A stretch of 41,213 nt of DNA. Source: Candidatus Choladousia intestinipullorum (lineage in GTDB: Bacteria; Bacillota; Clostridia; Lachnospirales; Lachnospiraceae). The notes below the pieces were generated by a model. The model did not search any database. It was not told the DNA's origin and worked only from the letters and a program-made list of their open reading frames with translations. The stretch is taken from NCBI GenBank assembly GCA_018711885.1, contig DVHT01000045.1, forward strand, positions 1-41,213, written 5' to 3'. Positions within the stretch are counted from its first letter, which is position 1. The number at the start of each line of letters is the position of its first letter. Below, in pieces: positions 36,127-41,213 of this stretch. The position numbers and the translations under genes are program-made.

Positions 36127-37719
36127 TCAGTACAGGATCTGCTTTAAATCGGCTTCCGGCGTCGTAGTCAGGTGGATATTATAGTTCTTCACCAGGAAAT
36201 CAAGTACGCCCGGAGAAAGAAATGCCGGGAGGACAGGTCCCAGATAAATATTTTTCATACCGAGGTGCAGGAGGGTGAGCAGGATGCACACCGCTTTCTG
36301 CTCATACCAGGAAAGCACCAGAGTAAGCGGAAGATCATTGAGCCCGCATCCGAAAGCATCCGCCAGCGCTGCGGCTACCTGGATCGCGCTGTACGCGTCG
36401 TTGCACTGTCCCATGTCCATAATGCGGGGCAGCCCGCCGATCGTGCCGAGATCCAGATCATTAAAGCGGTACTTTCCGCAGGCAAGCGTCAAGACAGCCG
36501 TATCGGGAGGTGTCTGTTTTACAAATTCCGTATAATAGTTCCGGCCTTTGCGCGCTCCGTCGCATCCTCCGACCAGGAAGATGTGCCTGAGCGCGCCTTT
36601 CTTGATCGCTTCGATCACCGTACCGGCTGCAGATAATACGGCCTGCCGGGCAAATCCGGTCATGACAGTCGTTCCGCCATTGATGCCGGTAAATTCCATA
36701 TCCTGCGGATATCCGCCGAGCTCCAGCGCCTTTTCGATCACCGGCGTAAAGTCTTTCTCTTCCCCGATATGAGTAACTCCCGGATAGGAGACAACTTCTG
36801 TCGTAAATACACGGTCAGCGTAACTTGGTTTCGGCGGCATCAGACAGTTCGTCGTAAAAAGAACCGGAGCGGGAATATCGGCAAACTCTTTCTGCTGATT
36901 GTGCCATGCCGTTCCGAAATTTCCTTTCAGATGCGGATAAGCTTTCAGTTTCGGATAAGCGTGGGCCGGCAGCATTTCCCCGTTCGTATAAACATTGATT
37001 CCTTTTCCTTTCGTCTGTTCCAGAAGAAGCTGCAGGTCTTTTAAGTCATGACCGCTGATGACGATAAACGGGCCTTTTTCCACCTTGAGCGGTACGGTGA
37101 CCGGAGACGGATCGCCAAACGTCTCTGTGTTCGCCCTGTCAAGCAGCTCCATGCATTTCAGATTGATTTCTCCGGTCTTTAAGACGATCGGAAGAAGCTG
37201 CTCCATTTCCATCTCTTCACCGACGGCAAACAGCCCTTCATAGAAAAATGAGTAAACCTCCTCATCAGAATAGCCGAGTACCATTGCGTGATACGCATAA
37301 GCCGCCATGCCGCGCAGCCCGAACAGAATCAGAGATTTCAGAGAACGGATATCCTCGTCTGCGTTCCACAGTTCCTGCATATCGTAATCATCGTTTTTCC
37401 CGCACGGAGTACTGCACTCCCCGCAGCCGGAAAGAAGTACATTTTTTGCCTGATGAACCTGCCCGATCTGCTGTTTTACGGTTTCTTCACTGAAGTTGAC
37501 ATTCGTGACAGTCGTAAACAGTCCTTCCAGCATGGCCCTGTGGGTGCCGGCATCGGGAGATGCCCCTGATGCGGCGCGTGCAAGTCCGATCAAAGCTCCG
37601 GTCAGTTCATCCTGCAGTCCGGAAACAGCGGCGCTTTTTCCGCATACGCCGGTTTTTCCTGTACAGCCGCTGCATCCGGCCGTCTGCTCACACTGAAAAC
37701 AAAACATTTCATTTGACAT
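36127..37719 (-). CDS. hcp: Hybrid cluster protein (hydroxylamine/NO reductase)
   Basis: MFCFQCEQT..C..GVCGK, GMAAYAYHA, SGHDL, TTNCL, GGCDG, LACGKYRF, GQCNDAY, LSWYEQKAV. Confidence 0.96.
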   Translation of the reverse strand: MSNEMFCFQCEQTAGCSGCTGKTGVCGKSAAVSGLQDELTGALIGLARAASGASPDAGTHRAMLEGLFTTVTNVNFSEETVKQQIGQVHQAKNVLLSGCGECSTPCGKNDDYDMQELWNADEDIRSLKSLILFGLRGMAAYAYHAMVLGYSDEEVYSFFYEGLFAVGEEMEMEQLLPIVLKTGEINLKCMELLDRANTETFGDPSPVTVPLKVEKGPFIVISGHDLKDLQLLLEQTKGKGINVYTNGEMLPAHAYPKLKAYPHLKGNFGTAWHNQQKEFADIPAPVLFTTNCLMPPKPSYADRVFTTEVVSYPGVTHIGEEKDFTPVIEKALELGGYPQDMEFTGINGGTTVMTGFARQAVLSAAGTVIEAIKKGALRHIFLVGGCDGARKGRNYYTEFVKQTPPDTAVLTLACGKYRFNDLDLGTIGGLPRIMDMGQCNDAYSAIQVAAALADAFGCGLNDLPLTLVLSWYEQKAVCILLTLLHLGMKNIYLGPVLPAFLSPGVLDFLVKNYNIHLTTTPEADLKQILY

Positions 37720-37746
37720 ATTCCTATTCCTCCTGAATATAAAGAT

Positions 37747-38361
37747 TTATTTGTCTGCATTTAAAATGCGCCCATCCGTCGAGATCACGGCAACGCGGCA
37801 CACAAGATCCTTTCCGCTTGCCTGAAGCGCCGCCCGGACTGCACGTTCCAGACCGCCGCAGCAGGGAACTTCCATACGCGCAACCGTAATGCCCCTGATT
37901 TCATTTCCGCGGATGATTTCGGTCAGTTTTTCCGTATAGTCCACAGGGTCAAGTTTGGGACAGCCGACGAGCGCAATGCGGTCCCTGATAAATTTATCGT
38001 GAAAATCCCTGCAGGCGAAGGCCGTGCAGTCAGCGGCGATCAGCAGTTCTGCTCCGTCAAAATAAGGGGCGTTTGCCGGTACGAGCCGGAGCTGGACCGG
38101 CCACTGGGAAAGACAGCTTTTTTTCTGTCTCTGCGCCGCTTTGACGGCTGCTTCATCATACGAAGCCGCCTCTCTCTCGGTAAATGAGATCGCTCCTGTC
38201 GGACATGATGGCAGACAGTCGCCCAGCCCGTCACAGTAATCGTCACGGAGCAGCCTGGCTTTTCCATTTACCATTCCGATCGCGCCCTCATGGCAGGCAT
38301 TGGCACATGCGCCGCAGCCGTTGCATTTTGCTTCATCAATCTGTATGATTTTTCGAATCAT
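37747..38361 (-). CDS. 4Fe-4S ferredoxin-domain protein of the hcp operon
   Basis: CNGCGACANACHEGA, YCDGLGDCLPSCP, QWPVQ, AADC, GCPKLD, MEVPCC. Confidence 0.9.
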   Translation of the reverse strand: MIRKIIQIDEAKCNGCGACANACHEGAIGMVNGKARLLRDDYCDGLGDCLPSCPTGAISFTEREAASYDEAAVKAAQRQKKSCLSQWPVQLRLVPANAPYFDGAELLIAADCTAFACRDFHDKFIRDRIALVGCPKLDPVDYTEKLTEIIRGNEIRGITVARMEVPCCGGLERAVRAALQASGKDLVCRVAVISTDGRILNADK

Positions 38362-38414
38362 CCGTAATCCTCCTCACATGATAGCGTTGCAGTTTTCCTT
38401 GACAATTCGACTTG

Positions 38415-38457
38415 ATTATACTAGCATAATAAAAACAAATCTGTTGTTTATACAACG
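38415..38457 (-). promoter_or_regulatory. Class II Crp/Fnr-activated promoter with putative HcpR site
   Basis: TATAAT at 38420-38415 with no good -35. The palindrome GTTGT-TTAT-ACAAC (38443-38456) is centred at about -41.5. Confidence 0.75.
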
Positions 38458-38468
38458 AAAGGACGATT

Positions 38469-39128
38469 ATGAAAAAATATTTGCAGCTTTTAAAACATTC
38501 CAAATTATTCCAGGGAATTTCAGAAACAGAAATTGAACCGATGCTTTCCTGCTTATCCGCAGTTACCTGCAGCTACGAAAAAGGAGAGTTTGTGTTCCGC
38601 CAGGGGGAACAGATTACCGGGATCGCGGTCCTGCTCTCCGGATGCGTCCATATTCAGAAAGAAGATTACTGGGGAAATTTAAGTATTTTAAACGAGATCA
38701 CAGAAGGCGAGGTGTTCGGAGAAGTGTATGCCTGTCTGGGAAATGAAGAATTGCTGAATCACGCAGTGGCCGTAAAGCCAAGCGTCGTGCTTTTTATGGA
38801 CGTCAACCGTGTCCTTACCGTATGTCCGTCCGCCTGCCGCTTTCACGGGCTTCTGATCCGCAATCTGTTAAACGTCATGGCATTCAAAAATAAAATGCTG
38901 ACGCAGAAGCTGCAGCATATGTCACAGAGGACGACGCGCGAAAAGCTGCTTTCTTATCTGTCGGAGCAGTCTTTAAAAGCGGGATCCCCTTCCTTTACGA
39001 TCCCGTTTAACCGCCAGCAGCTTGCCGACTTCCTGGCAGTGGACAGAAGCGCCATGTCAAACGAACTCGGCAAGATGCGGGATGAAGGATTGCTGCAGTT
39101 TGACCGCAGTCATTTCGTATTATACTGA
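38469..39128 (+). CDS. hcpR: Crp/Fnr family regulator (HcpR-like)
   Basis: cNMP-like domain (GEVFGE), TTREKLLSYL, RQQLADFLAVDRSAMSNELGKM HTH. Divergent from the hcp operon. Confidence 0.88.
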   Translation: MKKYLQLLKHSKLFQGISETEIEPMLSCLSAVTCSYEKGEFVFRQGEQITGIAVLLSGCVHIQKEDYWGNLSILNEITEGEVFGEVYACLGNEELLNHAVAVKPSVVLFMDVNRVLTVCPSACRFHGLLIRNLLNVMAFKNKMLTQKLQHMSQRTTREKLLSYLSEQSLKAGSPSFTIPFNRQQLADFLAVDRSAMSNELGKMRDEGLLQFDRSHFVLY

Positions 39129-39133
39129 AAGCA

Positions 39134-39325
39134 TCACTCCGAGCGCTCTACCTTTAACGGCTGTGCGTCCTCCGCTTTGAATACGTAACCGCATTCGCAC
39201 GCAGTATCTTCAATAATACGTCCGCGGGAAGTGAAAACCTCCACCTCTTTTCCGCACTGCGGGCAGGTCCTGTCTTCCGGGACCGGTGTTCTGTATTTGC
39301 TTTCGCATCCATCCATAACTGACAT
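39134..39325 (-). CDS. 63-aa zinc-ribbon-like protein
   Basis: GC..CPQCG..EVF..CECG. SD AAGGGAG and its own promoter. Confidence 0.75.
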   Translation of the reverse strand: MSVMDGCESKYRTPVPEDRTCPQCGKEVEVFTSRGRIIEDTACECGYVFKAEDAQPLKVERSE

Positions 39326-39380
39326 GATCGAATCGCTCCCTTCTATAAAAAATGAGTATTGTAATAGTATGTTCCAGAAA

Positions 39381-39409
39381 AGTATAAAATATTGTTAAAA
39401 AAATGTCAA
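39381..39409 (-). promoter_or_regulatory. sigma-A promoter for the zinc-ribbon gene
   Basis: TTGACA-17 bp-TATACT. Confidence 0.75.
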
Positions 39410-39484
39410 GCTTTGTTTTATGTACCGCTCCAGAAGCTCAAGCACTTTCCTATAAATATCCATTCCCGTCACCCGTTCCAGTCT

Positions 39485-39529
39485 AAAAAGAAAAATGCGC
39501 CCGGTTATCTGTTACAATAACCGGGCGCA
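39485..39529 (-). terminator. Strong intrinsic terminator
   Basis: 13-bp perfect stem TGCGCCCGGTTAT / ATAACCGGGCGCA followed by TTTTTCTTTTT. Confidence 0.88.
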
Positions 39530-39605
39530 CCCGACATCTTCTCAACACGATCATTGCGATGATGTGTTCTCAGATGAAATCTGTTCTGTTTTTATTTGAA
39601 TTTAA
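39485..39605 (-). ncRNA. Candidate riboswitch/leader or sRNA (~120 nt)
   Basis: Own promoter, an extended hairpin with a purine-rich internal loop, then a TCGGG linker into the terminator 5' arm. Confidence 0.5.
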
Positions 39606-39611
39606 TTGGTG

Positions 39612-39640
39612 ATTTTAATTTATATTCTTATAAAAGTCAA
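39612..39640 (-). promoter_or_regulatory. sigma-A promoter for the candidate RNA
   Basis: TTGACT-17 bp-TAAAAT. Confidence 0.7.
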
Positions 39641-39965
39641 GGTTTTTCAGGTATTTGCAAACATATTCAACCTTCAAAATGGCTTCGATTGGAGCCTGGC
39701 TGTGGGAAACACCCGCCGCATTGACCAGCATGGAGACTCCACCAAAGCTCTGAGCCTTTTCAATCAGCTTCATTATGGACTCGCGGGAAGACAGATCCAT
39801 TTCTGCCGGCACTGTATCAAAACCGACCTCGTTCATGGTTCTGGAGATGCTCTCCGCATTTTCCACCTTCTTGTCGCCGATCACAATCTTCATTCCATAG
39901 CCCATTCTCCGGGCAATCGCCATGCCAATCTGACCGGCACCTGTCAAAATCATTACATCTTTCAT
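39615..39965 (-). pseudogene. 3'-truncated short-chain dehydrogenase/reductase
   Basis: ILTGAGQIG Rossmann motif, MDLSS, LVNAAGVS. Family-like sequence stops at AILKV (~39667). No catalytic half remains, and the tail is AT-rich promoter DNA. Confidence 0.85.
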
Positions 39966-40008
39966 TTAAAAATCCTCCTGTCGTTTTTCCCATCTCATAT
40001 ACTTTCTC

Positions 40009-40058
40009 AAAAAACGGATACCGGCACACATCCCCTTTATCCCGGGTGCCGGTTCCGT
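40009..40058 (-). terminator. Terminator-like hairpin in the SDR leader
   Basis: ACGGAACCGGCAC...GTGCCGGTATCCGT followed by TTTTT. Confidence 0.65.
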
Positions 40059-40087
40059 AGACGAATCTTCTTTATGCTTTTGCTTTT

Positions 40088-40152
40088 ATTTTAGAGATTT
40101 CTTCTGGAAAGAGCAATTTGATCTTACGGACAAATCCATAAGAAAATCTTAT
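40088..40152 (-). promoter_or_regulatory. Putative LysR-regulated promoter with T-N11-A box
   Basis: TTGCTC-17 bp-TAAAAT (40116-40088). ATAAG-AAAAT-CTTAT (40138-40152) centred at about -64. Confidence 0.65.
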
Positions 40153-40205
40153 AGAAAAACAAAAGGCCCTATCCGCCCCTTTCCAGGCAGATATGACCTT
40201 TTGTT

Positions 40206-41117
40206 TCACGCTTGTAATTCTATTCTTTCATTATCTGATGAAAATTTTGATTTTAATATGTCAGCAAAATCTTCAACATAGCAGCCGGAGTTGTCTTCTT
40301 TCCAAAATGCACAGTAAGTCCGTTTGATTGGATTTCCTCTGCGGGTTAAAAGTACACGGCCGAGTGCCGCTTCTGTTCCCGGTTCATGCACACCTCCCTC
40401 GATGGGCATAAAACCTTGCCCGCCAACTACGAGAAGCCGCGCATCCTCCAAATTCTCTGCAAACTGAAAATCACCTTGTATTCCCACAACCTCACGGTAA
40501 TACGTTTCTTCCGTATCCTGCTGTCCGGGAGAAGCCACCAATATGCAGGGGATATTTTTCAGCTCCTCAGTCTCCACACATTTCATAGAGGCAATGGGAT
40601 TCCGCGCTGCAATCTCTATGTAACACTCGCTTGCTGTCAGGATAAAGTTTACATATTCGTCTGAGAAGGCCCGTCTTTGATCGCTGAGGATCAGATCAAC
40701 ACTTCCGTCCCGCAGAGCCGTATACAAATCTTCATGGTTTCCGTTTATGATCTGGACAGAAACATCGGGATACCTTTCTGAAAATTCTGCAACGGCCAGA
40801 CGGAATTCCTGTCCGCTGTAACATTTCAGATAGCCAATGCGAAGTTCCGCACGATCTTTATTGGCAATACGCACCGTTTCCCGGCACATCCGTTCATAGT
40901 CTGCAATCAATACAAGGCTTTTCCGATAAAAATGCTCGCCCGCCGGCGTCAAAGAGAATTTCCGGTTTTCGCGATTTATAAGCTTTACTCCCAATTCATG
41001 TTCCAATGCCTGAATTTGCTGTGATATGGCAGACTGAGAGATGAAACATTCCTCTGCCGCTTCTGTGAAACTTTTACATCGGACAACTGCCTGAAAATAT
41101 TTAATCTGTTTTATCAC
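40206..41117 (-). CDS. LysR family transcriptional regulator
   Basis: IKYFQAVV..SFTEAAEECFISQSAISQQIQALEHELGVKL..LTPAG, followed by a substrate-binding domain. Confidence 0.95.
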   Translation of the reverse strand: MIKQIKYFQAVVRCKSFTEAAEECFISQSAISQQIQALEHELGVKLINRENRKFSLTPAGEHFYRKSLVLIADYERMCRETVRIANKDRAELRIGYLKCYSGQEFRLAVAEFSERYPDVSVQIINGNHEDLYTALRDGSVDLILSDQRRAFSDEYVNFILTASECYIEIAARNPIASMKCVETEELKNIPCILVASPGQQDTEETYYREVVGIQGDFQFAENLEDARLLVVGGQGFMPIEGGVHEPGTEAALGRVLLTRRGNPIKRTYCAFWKEDNSGCYVEDFADILKSKFSSDNERIELQA

Positions 41118-41213
41118 CTGGTTTTGATACCTCTGTTACATTGAATCTCTTGCTTTCGGATTCTGATTTCTTTATTTTTCAAGACATTTCGGGTCAAGCA
41201 GAAAATCATAGAT

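Noticed and set aside
667-40664. Many long antisense or alternate-frame ORFs (e.g. 2673-3749, 6964-8070, 8199-9173, 23188-24324)
   Set aside because: These are shadows of well-supported genes, with no motifs or RBS. The exception is 35893-36126, kept as a remnant.

Overview
The window looks like chromosomal DNA from a Lachnospiraceae-like Clostridia member (inferred from gene content and sigma-A promoter style), with most genes on the - strand. The left edge holds the 3' end of a tyrosine integrase facing tRNA-Pro(CGG), i.e. one end of an integrated element. The core (0.8-33 kb) is mostly housekeeping: rsmF-like, trmL, AIR-synthase-like, VanW, DnaQ-like exonuclease, B12 radical SAM, glucokinase, hprK, uvrC, PadR-DUF1700 operon, greA, rpiB, rpe, galT, DUF402, truA, ECF module, a LacI/malQ/sugar-ABC locus, an MBOAT+SGNH pair, GNAT, cyclophilin and an AEC transporter. 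The right end (33-41 kb) is an accessory, partly decayed region: TetR/DegV, a MATE gene collapsed by an in-frame deletion, MerR fused to a cytidylate-kinase-like remnant, an HcpR-ferredoxin-hcp module, a truncated SDR and a LysR. I found no CRISPR array, defence system or clearly new multi-gene system. The most notable unexplained signals are non-coding or missed by the ORF track: (i) a promoter-hairpin-terminator unit at ~39.5 kb that resembles an orphaned riboswitch, (ii) a multi-hairpin sRNA candidate at ~14.1-14.3 kb, (iii) a GC-rich 37-bp tandem and inverted-repeat element between two divergent promoters at ~17.7-18.0 kb, (iv) a 35-aa membrane microprotein at 5378-5485, and (v) several deletion scars in 34.6-40.1 kb. 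All family assignments come from motif recognition by eye, not database searches.
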